Source: an uncultured Gammaproteobacteria bacterium (GTDB lineage: Bacteria > Patescibacteriota > Patescibacteriia > UBA11705). Taken from it: a stretch of DNA of 64,000 nucleotides. Shown here one piece after another: positions 43,410-52,573 of this stretch. The position numbers and the translations under genes are program-made. Below the pieces are notes generated by a model, which saw only the letters and a list, made by a program, of their open reading frames with translations, was not told where the DNA came from and did no database searches. The stretch is taken from contig CAZQEI010000005.1 in NCBI GenBank assembly GCA_964592195.1, forward strand, positions 5,689 to 69,688, read 5' to 3'. Each line of letters opens with the position of its first letter. Position 1 is the stretch's first letter.

Positions 43410-44930
43410 TTAAGTTTTCTGTTCTGTTTCCTTGCGATTGAACAAACCTTCGCCTTTGTCTAAAACAGTTTCCGCTTTTAAACCGCCAATCACGCGTAAT
43501 TCCGCTAAAGTTTTAACTTTGTCATCAATAACACCCAGCTTTTGCCAAATCTTTTCCGCAGTTTCCGGCATATAAGGCATCATGGCGTAGGATAAGTGAC
43601 GAATGATTTCGAGTAAATTATAAATCACGGAATTTAATTTCGGATCATTCACCTTCGCCAATTCCCACGGTTTAATAGTGGCAATATAATTATCGCACCA
43701 ACGTGTGGCAATAATCACTGATTGCAAAGCTTCGTAAATACGATAATTTTCAAAATGACCATTATATTCTTCCCAAAATTTGTTTAAATCAAACTCGGCA
43801 TCAAAGGTGGCAGTCGGAACTTTGGAATCAAAATATTTTTCCGCCATACCAATAACCCGACTGACCAAGTTACCCACACCGTTGGCCAAATCAGCATTAT
43901 ATTTCGTAATGAATTCTTCTTTTTTAATATCACCATCATTACCAAAAGGATATTGGCACAAAATTAAATAACGCGCCGCATCACTGGCAAAATCATCAAC
44001 CAGTTGATTAGGATCAATTATATTACCAATACTTTTACTCATCTTTTGACCGTCAATGGTAAAGAAACCGTGAATAAACAAACCTTTCGGCACAGGTAAA
44101 TCTAACGATAATAACATCGCCGGCCAAATAGTGGCATGCACGCGTAAGATATCTTTACTCATTAATTCCACAGTCGCTGGCCAAAACTCCGGACAGGGAT
44201 CTTGCGGACCATTCCAACCGAGTACGGTTAAATAATTCAAAAACGCATCACTCCACACATAGGCAGTATGCTTTTCATCCCAAGGCAGAGGAATTCCCCA
44301 CTTCACATTCACGCGAGAAAAAGACACATCATTCAAACCTTCATTTTTATAAAACTGCAACATCTCATTGCGACGTTCTTCCGGTTGAATCACAAATTCA
44401 TTGCTTTCAATTTTTTTCAAAAGTTCATCCGCATACTTGGACATTTTGAACATGTAAGTTTCCTCTTCCATTTTTTCCGGAGCTTTCTTATGATCTGGGC
44501 AAAGTCCATCGACTAAATCTTTTTCACTCTTGTATTGTTCACAACCTCGGCAATAATAGCCGGTATATTTACCCAAATAAATATCACCCTTATCATACAT
44601 GTATTGCAAAGCTTTTTGCACGGCTAACATGTGGGCAGGATTTGAGGTACGAATAAATTTGTCATTAGAAACATTCAAGCGATCCCAAGCAAATTCAAAA
44701 GTGGCCGCCACTTCATCCACAAAGGCTTGAGGATCTTTGTTTTTTTCAATGGCAATGGCTTCAATCTTGGCGCCATGTTCATCTGTACCGGTAGCGAAAA
44801 AAGTTTTCTCTCCAAGCATGCGATGATAACGAGCCAAAACATCCGCGGCTACGGTCGTATAAGCATGACCAATGTGCGGCGCGGCATTTACATAATAAAT
44901 CGGGGTGGTGATGTAGAACTTTTTGTCCAT
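43410..44930 (-). CDS. metG: Methionine--tRNA ligase (short form)
   Basis: ITTPIYYVN, HIGH, GTDEHG, KMSKS. Confidence 0.98.
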   Translation of the reverse strand: MDKKFYITTPIYYVNAAPHIGHAYTTVAADVLARYHRMLGEKTFFATGTDEHGAKIEAIAIEKNKDPQAFVDEVAATFEFAWDRLNVSNDKFIRTSNPAHMLAVQKALQYMYDKGDIYLGKYTGYYCRGCEQYKSEKDLVDGLCPDHKKAPEKMEEETYMFKMSKYADELLKKIESNEFVIQPEERRNEMLQFYKNEGLNDVSFSRVNVKWGIPLPWDEKHTAYVWSDAFLNYLTVLGWNGPQDPCPEFWPATVELMSKDILRVHATIWPAMLLSLDLPVPKGLFIHGFFTIDGQKMSKSIGNIIDPNQLVDDFASDAARYLILCQYPFGNDGDIKKEEFITKYNADLANGVGNLVSRVIGMAEKYFDSKVPTATFDAEFDLNKFWEEYNGHFENYRIYEALQSVIIATRWCDNYIATIKPWELAKVNDPKLNSVIYNLLEIIRHLSYAMMPYMPETAEKIWQKLGVIDDKVKTLAELRVIGGLKAETVLDKGEGLFNRKETEQKT

Positions 44931-45090
44931 AAAATTAATATTAACAAATATAATTAATTAGGTCTTTTCTACCAATAACGAATCAGCTACGAATCTACGT
45001 ATCGAAATATTTCTACATTTCATGAGCTTACATATTCGTAGTTTCCTGCCTGCCGGCAGGCAGGCGTAGCAAATTTGCCATACGTAGAAA

Positions 45091-45750
45091 CTATTTGCCA
45101 TGGATAATAACAACGAACTCGCCTTTACTTTGCTTTTCCAGTTCCGGAATGATAGTTTCTAACGTACCGCGATAGGTAGTTTCAAATTTTTTCGTTAACT
45201 CACGACAGACAACGATTTGACGAGTCGGTTCTAAATATTTTTGCATTTCTGTTAAAGTTTTAATAATGCGATGGGTGGACTCATAGAAACAGGTGGTGCA
45301 ATCAGAATCGCGAATGGTTTCAAAGTTTTTTGTTTTGCCCTTGTGGGGCATGAAACCTAAAAATAAAAATCTGTCTGTTGGAAAACCGGAAATACTCAAA
45401 GCGGAAATCACTGCGCAAGCGCCGGGAATGGTTATTACCTGCCAACCTAATTTCACTGCAGACTCAACCACGCGACCACCGGGATCGGAAATACCTGGAG
45501 TGCCGGCATCGGAGACATAAGCAACATTAGAATACAAATCTAATAACTGCTCAATATTCTCAATCTCAGTATGTTGATGAATGGTCACCAACTTATTTTT
45601 AAACTCAAAATGCGCCAAAAGCTTAGAAGTTTGGCGGGTATCTTCGCAAAAAATCACCTCCACGGATTTTAAGGTTTCCAATGCGCGAGGGGTTAAATCG
45701 CCAAGGTTACCAATAGGTGTGGCGACGATGAATAATTGTTTTTCGGTCAT
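45091..45750 (-). CDS. rsmI: 16S rRNA C1402 2'-O-methyltransferase
   Basis: VATPIGNLGD, CEDTR, VSDAGTPGISDPG, RELTKKFE; start at MTEKQ. Confidence 0.96.
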   Translation of the reverse strand: MTEKQLFIVATPIGNLGDLTPRALETLKSVEVIFCEDTRQTSKLLAHFEFKNKLVTIHQHTEIENIEQLLDLYSNVAYVSDAGTPGISDPGGRVVESAVKLGWQVITIPGACAVISALSISGFPTDRFLFLGFMPHKGKTKNFETIRDSDCTTCFYESTHRIIKTLTEMQKYLEPTRQIVVCRELTKKFETTYRGTLETIIPELEKQSKGEFVVIIHGK

Positions 45751-45755
45751 ATGGA

Positions 45756-45804
45756 TGTCTACCCTTCGAGGCTCCTGTTTCACAGGAGGCACCTCAGGGT
45801 GACA
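45756..45804. repeat. TGTCACCCTGAG...GAAGGG-type palindromic repeat
   Basis: Minus strand tgtcaccctgaggtgcctcctgtgaaacaggagcctcgaagggtagaca with internal hairpin ctcctgt-gaa-acaggag. Confidence 0.6.
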
Positions 45805-45828
45805 TTTAAAGTATATTTTAATGTTGTA

Positions 45829-45857
45829 ATTATATCAAATGTATAAAATATAAGCAA
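45829..45857 (-). promoter_or_regulatory. sigma70-type promoter for rsmI
   Basis: Minus strand TTGCTT-17 nt-TATAAT. Confidence 0.6.
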
Positions 45858-45916
45858 TTTTCAGCTAATTTTCGTGTTTTTTGATCAATGATCAATGGTC
45901 AATGTTACATGACCAC

Positions 45917-45945
45917 TTGACAAACTTTAAACTATGTGCTATAAT
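45917..45945 (+). promoter_or_regulatory. Consensus sigma70 promoter driving the GC-rich non-coding unit
   Basis: TTGACA (45917-45922), 17-nt spacer, extended TG, TATAAT (45940-45945). Confidence 0.88.
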
Positions 45946-45951
45946 GCTTAG

Positions 45952-47508
45952 TTACATGATCGTTTACAATCAATAGCTCTCGTAGAGTCTTTTGACTCCG
46001 AGATGTCTATAACCAACTCCAAGCCCCCACCGAACTATGCACATTGGAGGTGCCGCAGGAATGCGATCGGGGGCAGATGCAGGGTGGACATGCCAAAGTA
46101 TAGGCTCGTAACAAAAACCGCGAGGAGAGAAGCGGTTTGAGCTGAAGCTGTGGACAACCCCACCCTAATTCGTCAAAACTCTCGCTCGAGCCACAAGGTT
46201 CGCGAGATAATTGACTGCTCCTCGTCAGATGAGCCGCAACCAACGGGACTCATGGCGAGGCACGCGCACGTATCTTGGTATGGAGTAAGCACCGCGGTTG
46301 ACCCTGCTGGTAACAGGGTGGTATATAACCGGCGGAAGCGCTACATAGTACAAGAGGTGCGGTGAAATCGAGCCCGATTCGTCGGGATTTCGATACGAGC
46401 TCCTGGAGCCCCCACCCAACAACACACCTGGAGGTGGCGCGTAATGCGTTTGGGGGCAGACAGCGGGTGAGACAGACTTGTCTCGACCAATTGACTACTC
46501 AAAGAAGTGAAAGATCCTCGACGAGAAAGTCTCACCCAAAGTCGTCGATTTCTCTACCGCAAGGTGGAGATCGAAGATACGCTGACTCGGACGATCGCGG
46601 TCCTGTGGCCCTCCCGCCCCTCTGCTGGTGGCAGAGATGGACAATCGTTCGAGCGTACCCCGGCCCTAAGCTCGGCTAACCCTGCGCCTCGCGGTGCACG
46701 GTCAAGCAGCTTCCGTGGCAGTCCTCACGAGGCTCGTTCGGTCGCTCGCTGGAGTCCTCTTCAGGATAAACCAGCCCGCCGCGACTGCGCCCCAGACTTC
46801 CGTCTGTCGGGGCTTACGCCTGTGGGGTTCGCACGCCACGCGAGGTGTCCGGGGATGCGAAGTTGATCGTTCTGCGAAAGTGGAACGTCGACATAGATCA
46901 CCACGCAACTCTCCCAGCAAATCCAGGGAGACTACCCGCCTTGAGTCTTTTGGGCCACGTGTGGACGAGTTAAATCGTCCTGTACAAGCCTCAGTTCGAA
47001 ACTGGCTCTAAGGCGGGCACGAAATTGACCACTCTTCGGAGTGTGTTGATACAGATCATCCGAGGGCTCGCAGCTCACACCCACTCGATGTGGGAGTCAG
47101 CTCTGAGCTCGTCAACGTGAGCACCAACGTCACTGGCGGTTCTTATCCGTCCAGAATCTGGTCAGCCTGAAGTACAAGGGCTGGTTGGAGGAGGGGTTCA
47201 CGGTGATGTCCATGGTGTCCGAACAATCGGACTGACCATATCAGAACGCCACCCATCGTCGCATGCGCAACGATTCATCGAACTCGGACATCCGAGACAC
47301 AGCATGACGCGACGATCGGGCGTTGATCCCCAGTTCACATCTGGTTCAGGCCGCAAACAAAAGCGACTGACCGATAAGCTGGGGACACGAATTCAGCCTT
47401 TGCTGATGGACAAGATGACTTCGGTCGTCGCGTTCTCGCAAAGTGTTGATAGATCTCAAGCTCCGACGTTGAACACCTCACGGTGAACAACGTCGGAGCA
47501 CTTTTTTT
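45952..47508 (+). ncRNA. Candidate giant (~1.55 kb) structured non-coding RNA of unknown class
   Basis: GC far above the flanks (two sampled 60-nt lines gave 53% and 60%), no credible ORF, many hairpins including UUCG and GNRA tetraloops, long-range helices, flanked by a promoter and a terminator. Confidence 0.8.
47460..47508 (+). terminator. Intrinsic terminator
   Basis: gctccgacgttg...caacgtcggagc 12-bp stem with apical cacc/ggtg, followed by T7. Confidence 0.88.
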
Positions 47509-47621
47509 ATTTGGTAAGTTGGCCTGCCTGCGTAAGGCAGGTAATTGGTAAAAAAGTAAATTGGTACATGGAATATTAAAAAAACGAGCAAAATGCTCGA
47601 ATTTTTATTATTATTTTATTA

Positions 47622-47668
47622 GAGATTGCCACGTCGTCCCGATTAATCGGGACTCCTCGCAAAATAGG
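47622..47668. repeat. GAGATTGCC...CTCGCAAA repeat unit
   Basis: Same family as the GIY-YIG-adjacent repeats. Confidence 0.75.
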
Positions 47669-47674
47669 GATTAA

Positions 47675-48397
47675 CTATTCCCCGACTTTCGTAACTTCCC
47701 ATCGTTCACCATTCCAGATATAACAATCATTTATTTTCTTAAAAAAATCTTGACATTGTCCATCACCTGAGCCGATCAAACCACCACTGGCATTACAAAG
47801 CTTTTGTCCATCATCTTTATAAACAATATCAGTGTAACAATCTTCACAATTTGGTTGTCCGCCAAGACTAAGATATACAGTTGCTCCGGAATAATTGCAA
47901 CGGAAGTCTGGAATTAAATAATTCTCCACAGTTGAATCAGCTTGCATGATTTTCAACCAATCTGGTAAAGCATTATTATTGACAGCTGTTTCGTTTCCAT
48001 TCACGGACGAAGAACCTCCGCTAGTTAAATCAGTGATTGATTTTTTCAAAGCTTCCACTTCCGCTTTTTTTTGTTTGGCTTGATTCACCAAATCCTCACC
48101 TTTTTGCCAATCCGAGTTGGCCTCATTCTTATATTTATCAACTTCAGTTGTAATATTATTCCACAAGCCGCCTATCTTTCCCCAATCGCCGGCAAACTGT
48201 CCATTGATATTTTAGAAAAAGAAAAACGCGAAAAACACTATGACGCAAAAAAACAACAGACCAAAACCAAATTTTTTAGATTTATGGCGGTAAGAATTAT
48301 TTTCTTCCTCGAAAGACTCATCATCCTCCACCGAACGATTAAAACGTCGATGTTGTTCCAAAGTGTCACGATATTGTCGTTCTTCTTCTGAAAGCAT
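47675..48397 (-). pseudogene. Membrane-anchored Cys-containing protein interrupted by one in-frame TAA (48212-48214)
   Basis: ORFs 48212-48397 and 47675-48166 are in frame and joined by 15 open codons (FFFF*NINGQFAGDWGKIGGLWNN). Confidence 0.7.
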
Positions 48398-48398
48398 A

Positions 48399-48974
48399 TT
48401 ATCTATTTTTTAAATTAATTTCATACATCATCTGTTCAATGCGTTGTAAATTCTTCTTGGCTTGATCAAACTTGGTTCTCAATAAACCGGTCAAATTGTA
48501 AGCCAACAAATCTTCAATCACATCACCAATTTCTGTGGCAATAATTTGCACTTGATCAAATTTTTGTTTAGTGGCAGACAAAACAGCGCGTCGCAACAAT
48601 TCTCCTGTGTAATCAGACAAACCACCCAAATATTCCTCCGGTTCAATTTTCACACCAGTAATTTCACCGACTGCTTCGCCTTTTACAAACATTAAAAATA
48701 ATTTGGCTTCTACATATTCCTCTCTTGCCGCTTGCCAAGCGCCTTCGTATCTCAACTTCGCATCACCGGAAAACTTATTTTCCAATTCTCCAAAAATCTT
48801 TTCACTTTCACTTAACTTACCTTCAGCTTCTTCAACGTTATCACGATGTAAACCAAAGATGGCTTGTTTGGCTAAATGGAGGGCAATATTGGATTGTCCA
48901 ATAATTACTCGGCGCGCTTTGTCATACTGAGCCTGCGATTCATTGATCTGTTTCCAGAATTCACGATTTAACAT
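48399..48974 (-). CDS. Translin/TRAX-like protein
   Basis: Helical 191 aa protein with AREEYVEA and EEYLGGLSDYTGELLR motifs. Confidence 0.8.
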   Translation of the reverse strand: MLNREFWKQINESQAQYDKARRVIIGQSNIALHLAKQAIFGLHRDNVEEAEGKLSESEKIFGELENKFSGDAKLRYEGAWQAAREEYVEAKLFLMFVKGEAVGEITGVKIEPEEYLGGLSDYTGELLRRAVLSATKQKFDQVQIIATEIGDVIEDLLAYNLTGLLRTKFDQAKKNLQRIEQMMYEINLKNR

Positions 48975-48978
48975 AAAT

Positions 48979-49983
48979 TTACTTAAGATATTTATTACGA
49001 TTTAATATGTGCTCTTCATGGTTACGCGCAAAATAGACTTTGCCATCCGGCGCGGTTAAAAAGAAATAATAAGGTGTGGCTGTTTGATAAACCGTAGCTT
49101 TGATTGATTCATAACTGGGATTGCAAATCGGAGTTGGTGGTAAACCGGAATATTTGTAAGTATTATACGGATTAGCTAATTGGATATCATCAAGTGAAGA
49201 TCGAGTCTCCCCTTTTTGAGTGATGTAATTCACCGTCGCATCTGATTGCAAAGGATAATTGTCATTCAAACGTTTTTGAAAAATATTCGCCACCTTCTGC
49301 CGATTTTCATAACCGGAAACTTCTTTTTCCACAATACTTGCCAAAGTTAAAACATCATAAAAAGACTTCTTTTGTTTGCCAATTTCCAATCTTAATTCCT
49401 GATCAATTTTCTGATCAAAATTATTCAACATTTTAATCACCACATCATTTGGAGTTGAATCCGCATAAACCATGTAAGTATCAGGATAAAGGAAACCTTC
49501 AAGAGTTGCTTCTTTTGGCGCTGAACTTAAAAATTCATAATTGTAAGCGCGGATATCTGCCGTGGCAGTTAAAAAATCTTTGGCGGAAAACAAGCCTTGT
49601 TGTTCTAAATACACAGCAATGTCTTGTCGTCGCCAACCTTCGATAATAGTAATCTTCTTTTCCTCGCGCTTCCAAGCTTTGCGAGCAAATTCATCCACAA
49701 TTTCCTTCATGCTTAACCCGGTATTCAATTTGTATTCACCTGCTCTCAGTTTACTTTGCTGTTTCGTTAAATAAACATAGAGTTTGAACACGGTTGGTTT
49801 GGTTAAAAATCCTTCTTTCTTTAAATTGGCCCCAATCTGAGATACTGATTCGCCAGCTGTAATAACAAACTTCTTATCACCAAAAGGATTATTATTTGGC
49901 ATTTCCGCCAACCATAAAATCATGATATATCCGACGAATAATATTAGTGCGACAAATAGTAAACGTTTTATATTGGTTTTCAT
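48979..49983 (-). CDS. mltG: Endolytic transglycosylase MltG
   Basis: N-terminal TM, IIEG, LEGFLYPDTY, LASIVEKE, LQSDAT, PYNTY...GLPPTPICNP. Confidence 0.95.
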   Translation of the reverse strand: MKTNIKRLLFVALILFVGYIMILWLAEMPNNNPFGDKKFVITAGESVSQIGANLKKEGFLTKPTVFKLYVYLTKQQSKLRAGEYKLNTGLSMKEIVDEFARKAWKREEKKITIIEGWRRQDIAVYLEQQGLFSAKDFLTATADIRAYNYEFLSSAPKEATLEGFLYPDTYMVYADSTPNDVVIKMLNNFDQKIDQELRLEIGKQKKSFYDVLTLASIVEKEVSGYENRQKVANIFQKRLNDNYPLQSDATVNYITQKGETRSSLDDIQLANPYNTYKYSGLPPTPICNPSYESIKATVYQTATPYYFFLTAPDGKVYFARNHEEHILNRNKYLK

Positions 49984-51059
49984 AATAAATGCTGAAACTT
50001 TGAATTTTTTATTTGTTCTACAATTTTTTTAATATCTTGCGCATTATCTCTGGAACACATCAACGTCGTTTCCTCAGTTTGCACGATAATCATATTTTTA
50101 ACGCCCACGGCGCAGATCGGTCGATTGGTATAGTTGTAAATTAAATTACCGTGACAATCAACTAAGAAATTCTCCCCTTTTAATAAATTCTCATCATCTT
50201 CTGATAAAACTTCTTTAATTGTTCGCCAATGACCAATATCTGCCCAACCAAAGTCTGCTGGAATAACTAACATATCTTTAAGTTTTTCCATTATACCATA
50301 ATCAATGGAAATGGCTTCAAATTCAGAATAAAGTTTTTTCACGGCTTCACGATCATGCCAAGTATTCAACATTTTATCCATTACCTCGTGATGGCGCGGT
50401 AAATGTTGTTCAAACAATTTTCTTAAATTTTCAACTTGCCAAACAAAAATAGCCGGATTCCACAAATATTCCCAACGAGTAATATAATCTTTGGCTAATT
50501 CCAATGAAGGTTTCTCAACAAACTTCTCAACTGCAAAAACATCGTCAAAATCACCTTTTTCATTTGCCAATCTTTCCACTTGTCCTGACATTTTAATATA
50601 ACCGTAACCTGTCTCGGGATATGTCGGTTTCAAACCGACTAAAATAGTTTTTGTGAGATTTTTTTCAATTAGACTTTCCGTTAACTTCAATATTCGTAAA
50701 TATTCTGCTTCATTTTTCACAAACGCGTCAGAGTTAATCGAGGCAAAACACGCATTGGGATCAATTTTTTGAAGATGAACACACGCAAAACCAATCGCCG
50801 CGGCAGTATCACGTTTTTCCGGTTCGAGAATTAAATGATCATCAGCAATATTGGGCAGTTGTTTTTTAATTAAATCATATTGACTCTGATTAGTAGAAAT
50901 AAAAATTTTATCAGCGTCAAATCCCCGATTCAATCGATTGTATGTCGCCTGCAACAAAGTTTCTTCACCGATGAACGGTAAAAGTTGCTTGGGCGAATTT
51001 TTGCGTGACACCGGCCACAAACGCGTACCACCACCACCGGCCAAAATTACAAGATACAT
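49980..51059 (-). CDS. manC: Mannose-1-phosphate guanylyltransferase
   Basis: ILAGGGGTRLWPVSR..PKQ, EPEKRDTA, PETGYGYI, FVEKP, ISIDYGIMEK, GWADIG. Confidence 0.93.
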   Translation of the reverse strand: MYLVILAGGGGTRLWPVSRKNSPKQLLPFIGEETLLQATYNRLNRGFDADKIFISTNQSQYDLIKKQLPNIADDHLILEPEKRDTAAAIGFACVHLQKIDPNACFASINSDAFVKNEAEYLRILKLTESLIEKNLTKTILVGLKPTYPETGYGYIKMSGQVERLANEKGDFDDVFAVEKFVEKPSLELAKDYITRWEYLWNPAIFVWQVENLRKLFEQHLPRHHEVMDKMLNTWHDREAVKKLYSEFEAISIDYGIMEKLKDMLVIPADFGWADIGHWRTIKEVLSEDDENLLKGENFLVDCHGNLIYNYTNRPICAVGVKNMIIVQTEETTLMCSRDNAQDIKKIVEQIKNSKFQHLL

Positions 51060-51065
51060 GCGATT

Positions 51066-51881
51066 TTATTTGATTAAATAAATAACGCCTACGATTATTA
51101 ATGCCAAGACTATTCTATACCAAGCAAATACTGACAAAGAATTCTTTTGTAAAAACTTTAAAAACCCTTTAATCACCAAATATCCCAACCAGAACGTTAA
51201 AACAATACTAAACAATAAAATAAACATCTCTCTATTATTCAATAACATCAAATTAACTTCAAATAACTGTTTAACGCCGGCTAATAGAACTACAGGAATA
51301 CTTAATAAGAATGAAAATCGAGCCGCCTCCTCGCGCTTCAAATTTATCGCCATACCTGCTACAATAGTAGCACCGGAACGGGAAACGCCAGGAATTAACG
51401 CCAATGCTTGCGCCAAACCGATCAAACAAGCTTCTGGAATGGATAAACTTTCGTAGATAATTCGTCGTTTGGAGTATCTCTCCACAATTAAAATTACCAC
51501 GCCACCGACGAACAACGCAATGGCCACTGTCCACAGGTTACGAAAATATTTCTCAATCCAATTTTCCGCCAACAAACCGACAATGACGGCTGGAATAGTT
51601 CCCAGGATAATATTCACCACAGTGCGCTGATCATCATGGGTAAAGTTAACACCTTTGCGCATAGACCAGAAGGCTTTCCAATAGCGACTTATATCCTGAC
51701 GAAAATATACTATTAACGCCAAAGCCGTCCCCAAATGCAAGGCGGTGTCAAAAGCCAAGTTGTCTAAAATTTCAAAACTAACGAATTGATGTAATAAAAC
51801 CAAATGTCCAGAACTTGATATCGGCCAGAACTCAGTTAGAGCTTGAACAATGGAAAAAATTAGAGCTTGAAATAGTTGCAT
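51066..51881 (-). CDS. uppP: Undecaprenyl-diphosphatase
   Basis: QALTEFWPISSSGHL, LHLGT, PGVSRSGATI, AARFSFLL. Confidence 0.96.
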   Translation of the reverse strand: MQLFQALIFSIVQALTEFWPISSSGHLVLLHQFVSFEILDNLAFDTALHLGTALALIVYFRQDISRYWKAFWSMRKGVNFTHDDQRTVVNIILGTIPAVIVGLLAENWIEKYFRNLWTVAIALFVGGVVILIVERYSKRRIIYESLSIPEACLIGLAQALALIPGVSRSGATIVAGMAINLKREEAARFSFLLSIPVVLLAGVKQLFEVNLMLLNNREMFILLFSIVLTFWLGYLVIKGFLKFLQKNSLSVFAWYRIVLALIIVGVIYLIK

Positions 51882-51996
51882 ATGCAGTCATTGATCATTG
51901 AACAATGAACATTGATCAACGAAATATTTAAATAATTTATTACTCTTTTCACTTATCTCGCTTATCTCGCTTTCTTGCTTATAAGCTAAAAACTAT

Positions 51997-52425
51997 ATGT
52001 ATCACTTAATCATCATCCCGATCGCAGCGGCGATCATTGCTCAGCTCATTAAACTTATCATTGACGCCAAGAATAAACAATTTTCATGGACAGATTTGAA
52101 TGGTTATGGCGGTATGCCATCTTCTCACACGGCCATGGTGACCAGTTTAGTCGCCAGTATTGGTTACTTTGACGGCATCACAACTTCGGCTTTTGCTGTC
52201 AGTTTAGTTTTAGCCGTTTTAATCATTCGCGACGCGGCTGGATATAGACGACAAATAGGACTGCATGCTAAAATCTTGAATAAACATTTGGAACAATTAC
52301 CAGCTGAACAAAACTTTCAATTTCCTCATTTGCGCGAACGGCTTGGGCATACACCACTAGAAGTGCTCGGCGGGTTAACGGTGGGACTGGTGGTAACGGC
52401 GGTGTATATTATTTTATTTATATAG
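51997..52425 (+). CDS. Divergent PAP2 family protein (DUF212-like)
   Basis: AQLIK, GGMPSSH, DAAGYRR, LRERLGHTPLEV. Confidence 0.9.
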   Translation: MYHLIIIPIAAAIIAQLIKLIIDAKNKQFSWTDLNGYGGMPSSHTAMVTSLVASIGYFDGITTSAFAVSLVLAVLIIRDAAGYRRQIGLHAKILNKHLEQLPAEQNFQFPHLRERLGHTPLEVLGGLTVGLVVTAVYIILFI

Positions 52426-52573
52426 CTACCAATGACAAATCAGCTACGAATCTACGTATTCGATAAACATTTCTAGATTATTCTATTTGTAATTTCGTAG
52501 CAAATACGTTATTCGTAGACTATTACATTCGTAGTTACGTAGCAAATACGTTATTCGTAGCTAACTCTTGCAG

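Noticed and set aside
46007-47486. Short ORFs in the GC-rich region
   Set aside because: Overlapping, Arg/Ser/Pro-rich, no recognisable motifs and unlike the genome's codon style; expected by chance in GC-rich DNA
45952-47508. 16S rRNA (similar length, strong promoter, next to rsmI)
   Set aside because: I could not find universal 16S motifs (AGAGTTTGATC, GTGCCAGCAGCCGCGGTAA, AAACTCAAAGGAATTGACGG, GGATCACCTCC) on either strand
45952-47508. RNase P RNA, tmRNA or a group I/II intron
   Set aside because: No GAGGAAAGTCC/P4 pair, no tRNA-like ends with CCA, no group II domain V and no flanking exons; gagactac at 46928 has no matching group I S element. Checked by eye only, so an Rfam search is still needed
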